DNA from: Candidatus Latescibacterota bacterium
Lineage (GTDB): Bacteria > Latescibacterota > UBA2968 > GCA-2709665
Reading direction: 5' to 3'
DNA: 64,000 nucleotides
NCBI GenBank assembly: GCA_963667175.2
Contig: CAXXXF010000015.1
Coordinates: 128,001-192,000, forward strand
Position numbers and translations under genes: made by a program. Positions 10,124-20,455 of the stretch are shown piece by piece (positions within the stretch are counted from its first letter, which is position 1; each line of letters opens with the position of its first letter). The notes beneath the pieces are model-generated. The model worked only from the letters and a program-made list of their open reading frames with translations, was not told the DNA's origin and ran no database searches.

Positions 10124-10522
10124 CTATCCCTCCAATCTGACGAGCCTGACGCCCAATGAGCTTGCGGCCCGTCCAAGCGTTCGATCCAGCGTCAACAGTG
10201 GCGCGCCATGCCGCAAAGCGCAGTCCAGAAAATATGCGTCGTACGCGTACGCGTTCACCTGTGCCGCGATAGACAGGGCATTCGCCATGTCGACGTTCAC
10301 GTATTGAAGCGGAACGCTCTCCAGAATCTCCATGGCGCGCTGAGCATCCGCGACGCGAACGCGGCGTTGCTTGATCATTGCCGAGAAGGCATTGCCAATT
10401 TCCCAAGGAATGGACCCGGGACCGATAAGCGTATGCCCCGACGTAGCTGCGAGAATCGCATCTCTTTCCGGCTCAGCTACGATTACCGCAATGATTGCTG
10501 ACGCGTCGGTCACCACGTTCAC
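10124..10522 (-). CDS. vapC: VapC/PIN-domain toxin
   Basis: VTDASAIIA, WEIGNA, YAYDAYFL, LLTLD acidic PIN motifs. Confidence 0.88.
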   Translation of the reverse strand: MNVVTDASAIIAVIVAEPERDAILAATSGHTLIGPGSIPWEIGNAFSAMIKQRRVRVADAQRAMEILESVPLQYVNVDMANALSIAAQVNAYAYDAYFLDCALRHGAPLLTLDRTLGRAASSLGVRLVRLEG

Positions 10523-10680
10523 GATTGTCTCTCCAGGATTCCATCAATTGTACAATTGTCAGGGAAAATGTCAAGGGCAAAACGTCAATTCGTGGAAAAG
10601 CGGAGAGACGGGAGAAGATGACCCGCTGGCCCCCCAATATTGACGTCGCATAGCGATTTCAATACGCGTGCCCGGCCTTT

Positions 10681-10790
10681 GTAGGGGCGGTTCGCGAACC
10701 GCCCGCCCGTAACCGGCCAGCGATATGGCCTGACGACGTTAAAACGCAAGTTCCACGCCATTGCGAGGGCAACCACAAGGGTTGCCCCTA
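10681..10790. repeat. Inverted pair of GTAG-type REP palindromes
   Basis: GTAGGGGCGGTTCGCGAACCGCCC at 10681 and GGGCAACCACAAGGGTTGCCCCTAC ending ~10790. Confidence 0.7.
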
Positions 10791-10948
10791 CAATTGCAAC
10801 ATCGGCGCGACGGGCTTTTTTCGAACAAACCCGAAAGCCGACCTTGCATTTTTCGTAGATCAGGGTACAATAGTGATACAGAAAAGAGGAGAAGCCGTCC
10901 GGCATCCCTCCGAATCGTTCCCTCTACGTCTTTCATCCGGAGAATGAA

Positions 10949-12685
10949 ATGAGCCCAGGTGTCCGCAAGTTCATTGTCTTCGCCATCGCCCTGGTCGTAT
11001 CCTGGATCGTCGGCATCAACGTGGCCCCGACCTGGACCGTCGAGCAGATCGCCCTCGATGCCCACAGCGACAGAAACGGAATGCTCTATTACGTTTACCA
11101 GGGGGAGCCGGTCTATTTCAGCGCCGTCCCCGTCCAGGACGCCCTGCTCAACCCCGAGAGAATAGAAGGCTCGCGCGACGCCCCGGTCGTAAAGAAGGAG
11201 TTCGTCTCCGTGGTCAGGATGGAGGAGGGGACGCCCCGGACCTTCTACTACCAGCTGCTCGCCAAAAGCCACTGGGGTTTCTGGTCCCTGCTTCCCGCGG
11301 TGGTCGCCGTGCTCCTGTGCTGGCTCACCCGAGAGCCGGTCACCTCGCTCCTCGGCGGCATTGTGTCGGGCGCCCTGGTGTTGAGCCGCTACGACTTTAC
11401 CGGCGACGTGCTGATCCCCTCGCTGGCTACGACCAGCTCCGCCGGCGTGCTGCTTCTCTACCTGTGGCTGCTGGGCGGGTTGATGGGAATCTGGTCTCGG
11501 ACGGGCGCCGCGCAGGCGTTCGCCGAGTTCATGACCGTGCGCTTCGTGCGCGGCCCGAGAAGCGCCAAGCTCGTCTCCTGGATGCTCGGCGTCATCTTCT
11601 TCCAGGGGGGCACGGTCAGCACCGTGCTGGTCGGCACCACGGTCAAGCCGATCGCCGACAACGAAAAGGTCAGCCACGAAGAGCTCGCCTACATCGTCGA
11701 CTCGACCGCGTCGCCCATCGCTTCGCAGCTCGCCTTCAATGCCTGGCCCGGGTACATCCAGGCCTTCATCTTCGTCTCCGGGGTGGGCTTCCTCGCCACC
11801 GAGACGGACCGCATCGCCTTCTTCTTCCAGAGCGTGCCGTTCTGCTTCTACGCGATCTTCGCCGTGCTTGGCACCTTTCTCCTCAGCATCGAGAGGCCTC
11901 TGTTCCTCGGCAAGGGGCTCAAGGCGGCGATGGAACGCTCCCGCGCGACCGGCCGGCTCGACGCCGAAGGAGCGAACCCCCTGAGCGCGAAGGAGCTGCA
12001 GGCAAGCAACGTTCCCGAGGGGTATACCCCGCACGTGATGGAGTTCTTCCTGCCTCTGATTTCGCTCATCGGCATCGCCGTCGGCACGTTCATCGTCAGC
12101 GGCTCCCCCAACGTGCAGTGGGCTTTCGGCACGGCCCTGCTGCTCGCCGCGGGGATGGCCCTGGCCAAGGGGATGTCGCTCAGGGACCTCGTGTCGGGAT
12201 TCCACGACGGCCTCAAGGGGGTGGTGCTCGGCTCCGTCATTCTCCTGCTCGCCATCACCATCGGGGGGATAAACAAGGAGACGGGGGGCGGCATCTTTCT
12301 GGTCGAGCAACTCGGGGAGGCGATTCCCTACTTCCTGCTGCCTGTGCTGCTGCAGATCATGACCATGGTCATCGCCTTCTCCACGGGGACGAGCTGGGGC
12401 ACGTACGCGGTTGCCTTCCCGCTGGCCATGCCGCTGGCCTGGGCGGTGGCCGGGGCGCACGGGCTTTCCCATCCCGAACTCTTCATGACCCTCTGTTTCG
12501 CCGCGGTCATGGACGGCAGCGTGTACGGCGACCAGTGCTCGCCGATCTCCGATACCACGGTGCTCAGCGCGATGTGCACCGGCTGCGACCTGATGGACCA
12601 CGTCAAGACGCAGATCCCCCAGGCGTCCATCGCGGCCTTCCTGGCAGCGGTCTGCTGGACCGTCATCGCCTACTTCACCGCCTGA
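10949..12685 (+). CDS. Na+/H+ antiporter NhaC family transporter
   Basis: Multi-TM; LAYIVDSTASP, FSTGTSWGT, GDQCSPISDTTVLS, DHVKTQ. Confidence 0.9.
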   Translation: MSPGVRKFIVFAIALVVSWIVGINVAPTWTVEQIALDAHSDRNGMLYYVYQGEPVYFSAVPVQDALLNPERIEGSRDAPVVKKEFVSVVRMEEGTPRTFYYQLLAKSHWGFWSLLPAVVAVLLCWLTREPVTSLLGGIVSGALVLSRYDFTGDVLIPSLATTSSAGVLLLYLWLLGGLMGIWSRTGAAQAFAEFMTVRFVRGPRSAKLVSWMLGVIFFQGGTVSTVLVGTTVKPIADNEKVSHEELAYIVDSTASPIASQLAFNAWPGYIQAFIFVSGVGFLATETDRIAFFFQSVPFCFYAIFAVLGTFLLSIERPLFLGKGLKAAMERSRATGRLDAEGANPLSAKELQASNVPEGYTPHVMEFFLPLISLIGIAVGTFIVSGSPNVQWAFGTALLLAAGMALAKGMSLRDLVSGFHDGLKGVVLGSVILLLAITIGGINKETGGGIFLVEQLGEAIPYFLLPVLLQIMTMVIAFSTGTSWGTYAVAFPLAMPLAWAVAGAHGLSHPELFMTLCFAAVMDGSVYGDQCSPISDTTVLSAMCTGCDLMDHVKTQIPQASIAAFLAAVCWTVIAYFTA

Positions 12686-12709
12686 GAGGAAGCGGGCAGG
12701 CAGGCGCGC

Positions 12710-15625
12710 CTATTCGCGTGTCCGCCCCTTCTTTTTGAAAACTATCGAACGCCCTCGCCGCTTTTCCGCGACGTTCCGCGTATATCTGCAGTCCGGCCAG
12801 TTCGAACAGCCGATAAACGGACCATATTTTCCACGCTTCTCTTTCAGCCATCCGGAGCACGCCGGACATCCCTCAACGGCCTGCCGGCAATCCCGGCAAC
12901 GGTAGTCCCCATCGGCCTTCGCCAGCAATCCGGTCCCGCAATGGGGACACCCGGACTGTCGGTACTCGCAATACGGCCAATGCGAACAACCGTAGAATAT
13001 CCCCCCGTCCCGAGCGTTGCGCCGCCGCTGCAGCCTTCCATGGGTGCATTCGGGGCACGGCACGTCCCGTTCGGGTTGCTTTCCATGAACCTCTACGTCA
13101 TAGCCTTCCTTCATCAACTCCTCGACGAATGCCGACGGCGTTCCGTCATCGACAACGAGATAGACGCCGCGCCTTGCGCGAGTGACTGCGACGTAGAACA
13201 GGCGGCGCTCCTCGGCGTTCGGATATGCTTCCGGCTCAGCCAGAACGAGATCCAGCAGCGGGTCGTCGACGATCTCGGAGGGGAAGCCGTACTTTCCGGA
13301 GTACATGCCGAGCACCACCACGTAGTCGGCCTCGAGGCCCTTGGATCCGTGTGCCGTCATGAAAGAGAGTTTGAGATTGAAATGCGCGCGCGCCAGCGCG
13401 TCCATATTCTGAGGCCTGGTGTGCCTGTACCGGCCCAGCAACAGGACGGTCGCGTGCTCGTCGTCCTCGGCGACATGAGCGGCAATTGCGTTCAACGCCT
13501 CCGCCAAGGGATCGGGAGACGTGTCCCGGGCGAACAATAAATGCACGCATGGCTCGGCTGCATTGAAGATGGACGTTACGCGCTTGCGGATCTGGGCCGG
13601 GTTGCTGAGCACGAATCGGGTTGCGAGGTCGGCGATCCGATCCGTGCACCTGAACGTCGTTTCCAGGTTGACGCGTTCGCCCTTGCCGAAGCGCGCCGTA
13701 AACTCTCGCATGATGCCGATGTCCGAACCCGCAAATCGGAAGATGGCCTGCCAGTCGTCGCCGACCGCGAACAACTGCGCGGTGTCCGACGTGTCCAGCA
13801 ACGCCTTCAGCAGACGTGCTCGTCCGTCCGAAATATCCTGAAACTCATCGACGAGGATGTAACCGTACCGGTTGCGGTAACGGCCGCTCCGCACGTGTTC
13901 CGTCGCGTTGCTGATCATGTCGTGGAAATCGATCTGCCGCTTCCGAGCAAGCGATTCCTGGTAACGCTCATATACAGGAATGAAGACGGTCAGGAATGCC
14001 TCGGCCCGAAGGCGGTTTTGAGCCCCTGCAGCGCGGCGGGTCACTTCGTCCGAGGACAGCTGGGCGCCCTTGTAGTGATGGAGGAACGTCGCGACCAGAC
14101 GCGTGAGAGGTTCGATTCGACCCTGCTCTTCGAGGACGGAGAAGGTGTTCCGGGATGGGATCGGCGACAGCTTTACCCCATGCACGGCCAATTTTTCCTC
14201 CAGGTTCCGGGTCAGTCTGCCCGCGTCCTTTTCGTGGCTGTAGGTCTCCACGAGAACCGTGCCATGTTCCGCGTGCAGCCGTCTTTTCCAGTCCAATAGC
14301 CTGAGATATTCGTCGCGATCGATAAAGGGAGGCGTATCATTCGATTCCGAGAGCGCAAAATGCTCGATGTATATCCCCGCGCCCGGGAGGGTGAAGTCGG
14401 GCCGGTATCGCCTCTTGCCCGACGCGGCGGTTTCGTGTTCGTAGTCGCGTTCGTACTCATAGGACACACCATTGAGGTAAAGGAAATCGGCAATCTCGCA
14501 TGCTTCGAAACTCTTGAGCTTCTCGCCTTGCAGAGACCGGACCCCGTTGTCCCGTAGATAAGCCCAATACTCTCCCTGAGTCCGGAATTCGAACTCGCTT
14601 CGGTACGGAGCAAAATGCCCTGCGAACCATCTGAGCACGTCGTCTGCATGCCTGGGGTCGGCGACGAGATCGCCAACGATGGACTTCAGCAGGTCGAACA
14701 GGGCATGGTCATCCAGTGCAGCCTTTGCCACGGCCGGGCGTCTGCGTTCCGCCTCCCCGATGATCGACATGCCCAGGCTGTGGAACGTTCGAACCGTGAG
14801 TTCGGCGCCCAACTGCACGCCAAGGCGTTTCCGGACCCTTTCCTTCATTTCTTCCTGGGCATCTTTGGCAAATGCAAGCAGAAGCAGTTCCGATGGTCGC
14901 CGGTACCCCTTCCGAATGAGCCAGCCCGCCTTGGCCACGATGACTGACGTCTTGCCGCTTCCGGCGGCTGCGACGACCAGGTTGCGGTCGTCATCGACGA
15001 CAACCGCTCTGCGCTGCTCGTCCGTGAGCGGCCTGGCCTCGACCCGTTCGAAGAAATCCCTGGATCGCGCCAGCTCATTGGCCACGAACGTCTCGCATGC
15101 TCTCGCCCGAAACCCTTCGGAATCATCCGAGAAGTCCTGAATCGCCTTCAGCATTCGGATTTCTGCGACGTCGGATACCTGCTCGGGCCACTGAGAGGGG
15201 AACCGGGCGACCATGTCTTTGGCATCCTGTTCGATCGGGGAAAAGACGGTACGCGCCACGTACCTCGGCGGGTCCGTAAACTGTGCCAGGCGTTCGTAGA
15301 CGGTTTGAATCGTGCCGGCATGTGTATCCAGGGCGCTTCGCCACCAGTCGACTCTCGCGCCCGTGAGTGCGTCGCCGAACACCCGGGCGTCCGCCTTCGA
15401 CAGTCCGGAAACCGTTACATCGCCAGTGGCGCTACTTACCTGCAATCCTCCCCAGAACCACCCGTGCGTCGCCTCCGCGGTCTCGATTTCCGGAAAGGGG
15501 ATAACGATCGACCGGGACGGGTATTCCAGGATCAATGAATCACTGTTCAACGTGACCGCTCCGGCATGTCCCCGACGAAGGACCGGGAACACGTACGAGG
15601 CCAGGCCGGATCGTCCAACGCGCAT
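12710..15625 (-). CDS. UvrD/HelD (helicase IV)-like helicase with C-terminal topoisomerase-type Zn ribbons
   Basis: AAAGSGKT, LVDEFQD, VGDDWQAIFRF, HGSKGLEAD, EERRLFYVAVTRAR; CxxC and FYGCSxWPxC ribbons; start uncertain (15625-15682). Confidence 0.85.
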   Translation of the reverse strand: MRVGRSGLASYVFPVLRRGHAGAVTLNSDSLILEYPSRSIVIPFPEIETAEATHGWFWGGLQVSSATGDVTVSGLSKADARVFGDALTGARVDWWRSALDTHAGTIQTVYERLAQFTDPPRYVARTVFSPIEQDAKDMVARFPSQWPEQVSDVAEIRMLKAIQDFSDDSEGFRARACETFVANELARSRDFFERVEARPLTDEQRRAVVVDDDRNLVVAAAGSGKTSVIVAKAGWLIRKGYRRPSELLLLAFAKDAQEEMKERVRKRLGVQLGAELTVRTFHSLGMSIIGEAERRRPAVAKAALDDHALFDLLKSIVGDLVADPRHADDVLRWFAGHFAPYRSEFEFRTQGEYWAYLRDNGVRSLQGEKLKSFEACEIADFLYLNGVSYEYERDYEHETAASGKRRYRPDFTLPGAGIYIEHFALSESNDTPPFIDRDEYLRLLDWKRRLHAEHGTVLVETYSHEKDAGRLTRNLEEKLAVHGVKLSPIPSRNTFSVLEEQGRIEPLTRLVATFLHHYKGAQLSSDEVTRRAAGAQNRLRAEAFLTVFIPVYERYQESLARKRQIDFHDMISNATEHVRSGRYRNRYGYILVDEFQDISDGRARLLKALLDTSDTAQLFAVGDDWQAIFRFAGSDIGIMREFTARFGKGERVNLETTFRCTDRIADLATRFVLSNPAQIRKRVTSIFNAAEPCVHLLFARDTSPDPLAEALNAIAAHVAEDDEHATVLLLGRYRHTRPQNMDALARAHFNLKLSFMTAHGSKGLEADYVVVLGMYSGKYGFPSEIVDDPLLDLVLAEPEAYPNAEERRLFYVAVTRARRGVYLVVDDGTPSAFVEELMKEGYDVEVHGKQPERDVPCPECTHGRLQRRRNARDGGIFYGCSHWPYCEYRQSGCPHCGTGLLAKADGDYRCRDCRQAVEGCPACSGWLKEKRGKYGPFIGCSNWPDCRYTRNVAEKRRGRSIVFKKKGRTRE

Positions 15626-15844
15626 AGATTCCCGGGGGCCGGAATTGCGATGTTGGACACGTGTCAAGTCTGTCCTCCTCACATGCGAAGCACGTCAGTT
15701 GACGCGGCATCCTTCGCTCAGGCGTGGTCGTCAGGCGCTTTCCAAATACAATTCGGTAGCCTGTCTGTTTCAAGATGACGAGTCTTACTGCAAATGGTAC
15801 GCCAGGTCTTCGTCCTGTCCTAAAAAACCTTCGTCGTTCTTCCT

Positions 15845-15877
15845 CCTGTCTGCGAAGTCCCCTGCGTTGCAGGCAGG
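15845..15877. repeat. 33-nt CCTGYCTGC..GCAGGCAGG palindrome inside a partial MITE-B copy (~15815-15900)
   Basis: Flanks match the 47417-47635 element. Confidence 0.75.
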
Positions 15878-16060
15878 CCGATTCATTCCGGCTCGCAGCG
15901 CGGCAAGCGACCCTTCGCCGTAAATTCCATCACGAGTTTGCCGTTGACACGCTCTTTCAATTCCGCTTTCTTTCGGTGGACGTTTCCTCCCCGTTTGGGG
16001 AGTTGCCTCCGCAGCGTCACGGCGTTGCGACCCACGCCGTCTGACGCCGATATCCTTTGT

Positions 16061-16114
16061 GCCTTTTTGTGCGTTTTGTGGCCGATTTCATGGTTTTCTT
16101 TTTTCGAATTGAGG
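16061..16114. repeat. TTTTGTG-type dispersed repeat ending CGAATTGAGG (also 44911-44963 and 46065-46115)
   Basis: Three similar ~53-bp copies, each shortly upstream of a start codon. Confidence 0.75.
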
Positions 16115-16121
16115 CTCCTCA

Positions 16122-16922
16122 ATGGAAAGCGTTCGCGACAGGCTCTGGATCTTCACGTGTGTGGCCGGATCGGACAACGACTCGCTCACTTATGCCGGTT
16201 ACACGCAGGGGTCGCGGATGACGCCGGCCGAAGGCGCGTTATTCCTGGACGTACCCAACCTCCATATGATCCGGTGGCGCGGCCTGCCCGCGTACCCCTA
16301 CGAACAGGTCGCCGTCACGTTCTCCTCGCTCAAGCAGGTCACATGGTCCATCGTGGGCAGCGGCGGACAGGTGGAAGGGGACGAACTGCAACGCGTGCTC
16401 GGTCTGGCCGACACGCATCCCAATATCACCGGCGTCTATCTGGACGACTTCATGCGAAAGGACGGCAGAGGCGCCCTCAGCGTGGATGACCTCGCCGACG
16501 CGCGTCCGAGACTCAACGTTGGCGGCAGAAGGCTGGACCTTTGGGTGGTCCTGTACATCAGGCAACTCCACCTGCCCCTCAAGCCGTACCTCGAACACTG
16601 CGACGTGGTCAATCTCTGGACCTGGAATTCGGATGAACTGGCAGACCTCGAACGGAACTTGGAACGCCTGGAAGCGGTCAACCCCGGCGGTCGCGTCTCC
16701 CTGGGATGTTATCTCTGGGACTACCACAACCGGCGGTCCGTGTCGATCTCGCAGATGGAGCACCAGTGCAACCTGGGTCTCCGGTGGCTCAGGGAAGGCC
16801 GAATCGAGAGCATTGTCTTTCTCGGCAACACCTGCTGCGACGTTGGCATCGAGTCCGCCCCGTGGGCGCAGGCGTGGATCAGGGAGGTGGGCGAAATACC
16901 GCTCGAATCTGTCAAGGCGTGA
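16122..16922 (+). CDS. Hypothetical protein (possible TIM-barrel hydrolase-like)
   Basis: 266-aa ORF, GAGG RBS, host-like codon usage, PNITGVYLDDF motif. Confidence 0.7.
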   Translation: MESVRDRLWIFTCVAGSDNDSLTYAGYTQGSRMTPAEGALFLDVPNLHMIRWRGLPAYPYEQVAVTFSSLKQVTWSIVGSGGQVEGDELQRVLGLADTHPNITGVYLDDFMRKDGRGALSVDDLADARPRLNVGGRRLDLWVVLYIRQLHLPLKPYLEHCDVVNLWTWNSDELADLERNLERLEAVNPGGRVSLGCYLWDYHNRRSVSISQMEHQCNLGLRWLREGRIESIVFLGNTCCDVGIESAPWAQAWIREVGEIPLESVKA

Positions 16923-16952
16923 CCGGGAGCGGGAAACAATCGCCACAAAAAG

Positions 16953-16985
16953 TCTGCCTGCAGCGCAGTACGCTGCGCAGGCAGG
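16953..16985. repeat. 33-nt palindrome inserted in an inverted CACAAAA repeat
   Basis: TCTGCCTGCAGCGCAGTACGCTGCGCAGGCAGG; near-identical to 18459-18491. Confidence 0.8.
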
Positions 16986-17030
16986 CACAAACGGCACAAA
17001 AAGGGCTAAAGCAGTAAGGAGACGACCGAT

Positions 17031-18299
17031 ATGAAGAACCGGGAAGGGATTGGAAACAACCTCGACAAGTGCACCTACGTACCGAGCGACGGCCTGCATG
17101 CGTTTTACGCATCAGGACAGACCTATACGGGCGCGACCGGGGAACGCATCGTTGAAACGGTGACCTCCGAATGCCTTCAGTGGGTGACGCACGACGACGG
17201 ACGCACGACGCTGGACGCCTGTTACGACGGCACCTGGCTCAGGATATCGGAAGACAACGGATCACACTGGACCGACTGGGGACCGAGGGTAAGGTTCGAC
17301 GTCGGGATCGAGGAAGAGCAGCTGATGCCGGCGGGATTCAGCCTGGATACTCAGAGCGACACCCTGGTGCGGTTCTACCGGGGGCAGAAGGCCGATAAGA
17401 GTTGCTACGGATACATCAACCAGGGCGCCTACCGGGCGTATACGAGCGTTTCCGGAGACCAGGGAGCAACCTGGAGCGATCCGGAGCAGATCGTCGCCCG
17501 GGGTGACGGTTTCGACGCGGAACGCTGGGGTCCCGGCTTCGAATACGGCGTCCGCGGCGGAATCCTCAACGGGAACCACTGCATCTGGCTCGAGGACGGG
17601 TCGGTGCTGGCGCCATTTACGGAGTACGAACGACTGGACGGTACCAGACCCTGGCGCTTCCGGGTGGTCTGCGCGAGGGGAAACTGGAAGGACGATATGA
17701 GCGGGCTCGACTGGGAGTTCGGGGACTTTATCGAGGTGCCGCTTGAGAAGTCCCGCATCGGATGCTGCGAGCCCTCGATCACGCCGCTGGAATCGGGTGC
17801 GCTGTTCGTCACGATGAGGTGTCAGGGGAACGAGGCCGAGGGCACTTATACCATACCCTATACCGCCGTTTCGGAGGATGGCGGAATGAGCTGGACGCCG
17901 CCGGCGCCGCTGATCTACGACGACGGTTCGAACGTATGGACGCCCGCCTCGTGTACAGCCTTTTATGATTCCTCCGTGACGGGCAAGACCTACTGGATTG
18001 CCAATATCCTGGACGGCCCGGTCTACGGCCAGATTCCTCGATATCCGCTGAATATTTCCGAATTCGACACGGTCAACGCGTGTATCGTCAAGGACTCTGT
18101 CCGGCTCATTCAGGACCGGCCCGACGACGCGCACGAAAACGTGAGATATACCAACTTCGGGTGGTATGAAGACAGAAGAACGGGTCGGTTGATTATCACG
18201 CTTCCGGAGCAATATCGCCGCATGGGATGGGACGACATGGAGAAGCCCGAGGACTTCGCGGCGGATTGCGTGAAATATACAGTGGATATAGGCGGGTAG
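17031..18299 (+). CDS. Sialidase-family/BNR Asp-box beta-propeller protein
   Basis: Asp-boxes SEDNGSHW, SGDQGATW, SEDGGMSW; AGGAG RBS. Confidence 0.8.
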   Translation: MKNREGIGNNLDKCTYVPSDGLHAFYASGQTYTGATGERIVETVTSECLQWVTHDDGRTTLDACYDGTWLRISEDNGSHWTDWGPRVRFDVGIEEEQLMPAGFSLDTQSDTLVRFYRGQKADKSCYGYINQGAYRAYTSVSGDQGATWSDPEQIVARGDGFDAERWGPGFEYGVRGGILNGNHCIWLEDGSVLAPFTEYERLDGTRPWRFRVVCARGNWKDDMSGLDWEFGDFIEVPLEKSRIGCCEPSITPLESGALFVTMRCQGNEAEGTYTIPYTAVSEDGGMSWTPPAPLIYDDGSNVWTPASCTAFYDSSVTGKTYWIANILDGPVYGQIPRYPLNISEFDTVNACIVKDSVRLIQDRPDDAHENVRYTNFGWYEDRRTGRLIITLPEQYRRMGWDDMEKPEDFAADCVKYTVDIGG

Positions 18300-18458
18300 A
18301 CGTGAGAGGGGAGATAATCAGAAAAACCGCTCACACAAAGACACGAAGACACAAAGAAAAACAACTGCAATCAGCCGACAACTGTCGGCTTGAACCAGAA
18401 ACAGTCGACGTCTGCGCCGCGGCGTGGCATAACCTGATCGGGCGCGTCGAGGGCAGGA

Positions 18459-18491
18459 CCTGCCTGCAGCGCAGTACGCTGCGCAGGCAGG
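18459..18491. repeat. 33-nt CCTGCCTGC..GCAGGCAGG palindrome
   Basis: Seen directly; nested within a GAGGGCA..TGCCCTC stem. Confidence 0.8.
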
Positions 18492-18690
18492 TGCCCTCGC
18501 CGGAAGAGCGAGTAGACTTGAGGCGTGAGAGGTTGTTTGCCCCGTGCGGTTTCATTTCGCGCCGGAGGCACAATGGAAGAACCAATCGGGCAAGGTTGTC
18601 ATCTACCGTCTCCCGTGCTTTCAGGTTTTCCTTCTTCCTTCTTCCTTCTTCCTTCTTCCTTTGAAGTGATGGCTCTACGACAACGCGAAT

Positions 18691-20385
18691 TTACGACTCC
18701 CCGTACCTGGAGATGAGGTCCACAGTGGCCGCATCTCCTTTTTTCTGCGCCCAGGCCAGGGGCGTGGCCCATTCGGCGCCCGCGAGTTTCGGATCGGCGC
18801 CGCGTTCCAGATACAGCTGCGCGAGATCGTACTTGCCCCACCGGGCCGCCCAGCCCAGCGGCGTGGACTGAAGGAGGTCGTCGATCACGTCCAGATCGGC
18901 GCCGTGGTCGAGGAGGATGGTCGCAAAGGCGACGCGCTCCGGCTCGGTCATAATCGGCTCTCCCCAGACGATGCCGCAGGCCGCCAGGTGATGCGCGAGC
19001 CGGTACCCGAAACGCCCCACCAGATTGGGGCTGACGCCGTGGTCCAGAATCATTCGGAAGATCTCCGGATAGACCGAGCGGTCGAAGTCGCGAAACTTGC
19101 GGTGGGGATTCGTCCGCCACAGGCGCAGCGGCTGCTCGAGCAGGCTGAACCAGCGACCGTCATCGGGTTCCCAATCGAGTTGCCGCAGGCACATCCCAAC
19201 GATATTCGGGTCGCCGCCGCATCCCGCGGCCCATAGCAGTTTCTCCGCGATCGACGGATCGTTGTGGAGGGCGACGGCAGCGGCCGACGTCTCAGCTTCG
19301 AGACCGGCAGTGACGTGATCCAGGATCCCGCCGTATCGAAACAGCAGTCCCTTCATCCGGTCGTCCCGGTTGTTGTACGCCGCGCCCACGGGATTGGCGC
19401 TGGCATAGATGCTGGCATTGGGATCGGCGCCGTATTCCAGAAGGAGTTCGGCGATTCCATACCGGGAATTGCCCGCCGCATTGGCCAGGGGTTCGCCCCA
19501 CGAATACGGTTTGGATTCGTAGTGGTGGAGCTGATGCCGGTCGTCCGGGTGCAGACCCAGGTCGAGCAGCAGGCGCACCATGTCGATATCGTCGTTCCGG
19601 ACGGCGATCTGCAACAGGCCGTCCCGCTCGCTGTCGCTGGACTGAAAGCGATCGGGATGTTCCTTCGCGAACGCGCGGACGAAGTCTAGATCGCCAAGTG
19701 CGACCGCGGATTCGATTGATTGCTCGCATCCCGCCTGCAGCAGGATGCCCGCGCAGATCAGACACCCTTCGTTGAGCGGCCTGTTGCGCCCTCGTACATT
19801 GAGGACCGCGCCGTCCAGGGGCGATTGGCCCTCGGGCGTGAGATGGGTGACATCGGCGCCGCGATGGAGCAGTTCGCGAACGAGCCGGTAACGGCCGTGC
19901 GACGCGGCCGCGTGGATCACGCTGCCGCCATTGCGATGGCACGCGTCCAGCAAATCGGGCTGACGATCCAGGACGTCGAGCGCAGCCTGCTCCCGCCCCC
20001 CCCCGACGGCCTCGAACAGCGCGTCGTTCTCGTCGGTTATCGTGATATTCTTGCACGCGGCCAGCTTGCGTTTTTCGTCTTCTTCCCTGATCACGTGGAC
20101 GATTTCGTCCAGGCCGCGCTCCCGCGCCATGGTAAACGCGCCGGTGGCGTCGCGATGGGGATAGATGCCCGAGTTGTGGTCCGCGCCCGCTTCCATGAGA
20201 ACGCGGACCGCATCGATGTGCCGGTTCATTACCGCGTAGTGAATCGCGCGGTGTTCGTTGTTTTCAGCCATGTGCACGTTCACCAGATCGGGCCGCTCGC
20301 CAAGGATCTGTCTGATCCGCGACACATCGCCGCTGCCTGCCGCCTCACATAGATCTGCGACCCTGTAGGATCCGTTGCCGGCCAT
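18691..20385 (-). CDS. Ankyrin-repeat protein
   Basis: Repeats such as AIHYAV..LMEAGAD and TPLGWAARWG..LERGADP; AAAGGAGG RBS before ATG at 20385. Confidence 0.88.
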   Translation of the reverse strand: MAGNGSYRVADLCEAAGSGDVSRIRQILGERPDLVNVHMAENNEHRAIHYAVMNRHIDAVRVLMEAGADHNSGIYPHRDATGAFTMARERGLDEIVHVIREEDEKRKLAACKNITITDENDALFEAVGGGREQAALDVLDRQPDLLDACHRNGGSVIHAAASHGRYRLVRELLHRGADVTHLTPEGQSPLDGAVLNVRGRNRPLNEGCLICAGILLQAGCEQSIESAVALGDLDFVRAFAKEHPDRFQSSDSERDGLLQIAVRNDDIDMVRLLLDLGLHPDDRHQLHHYESKPYSWGEPLANAAGNSRYGIAELLLEYGADPNASIYASANPVGAAYNNRDDRMKGLLFRYGGILDHVTAGLEAETSAAAVALHNDPSIAEKLLWAAGCGGDPNIVGMCLRQLDWEPDDGRWFSLLEQPLRLWRTNPHRKFRDFDRSVYPEIFRMILDHGVSPNLVGRFGYRLAHHLAACGIVWGEPIMTEPERVAFATILLDHGADLDVIDDLLQSTPLGWAARWGKYDLAQLYLERGADPKLAGAEWATPLAWAQKKGDAATVDLISRYGES

Positions 20386-20455
20386 CTCTGTTCCTCCTTT
20401 GACTTGCAATTTATCGTTTTGTAAGGGGATTATATACAAAGATAAACAGGGTGTG

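Noticed and set aside
10739-12738. Long alternative ORFs (620 aa minus, 473 aa plus) over nhaC, and similar shadow ORFs over uvrA, TBDR, acs and groEL
   Set aside because: Antisense or frame shadows of high-GC genes with no motifs
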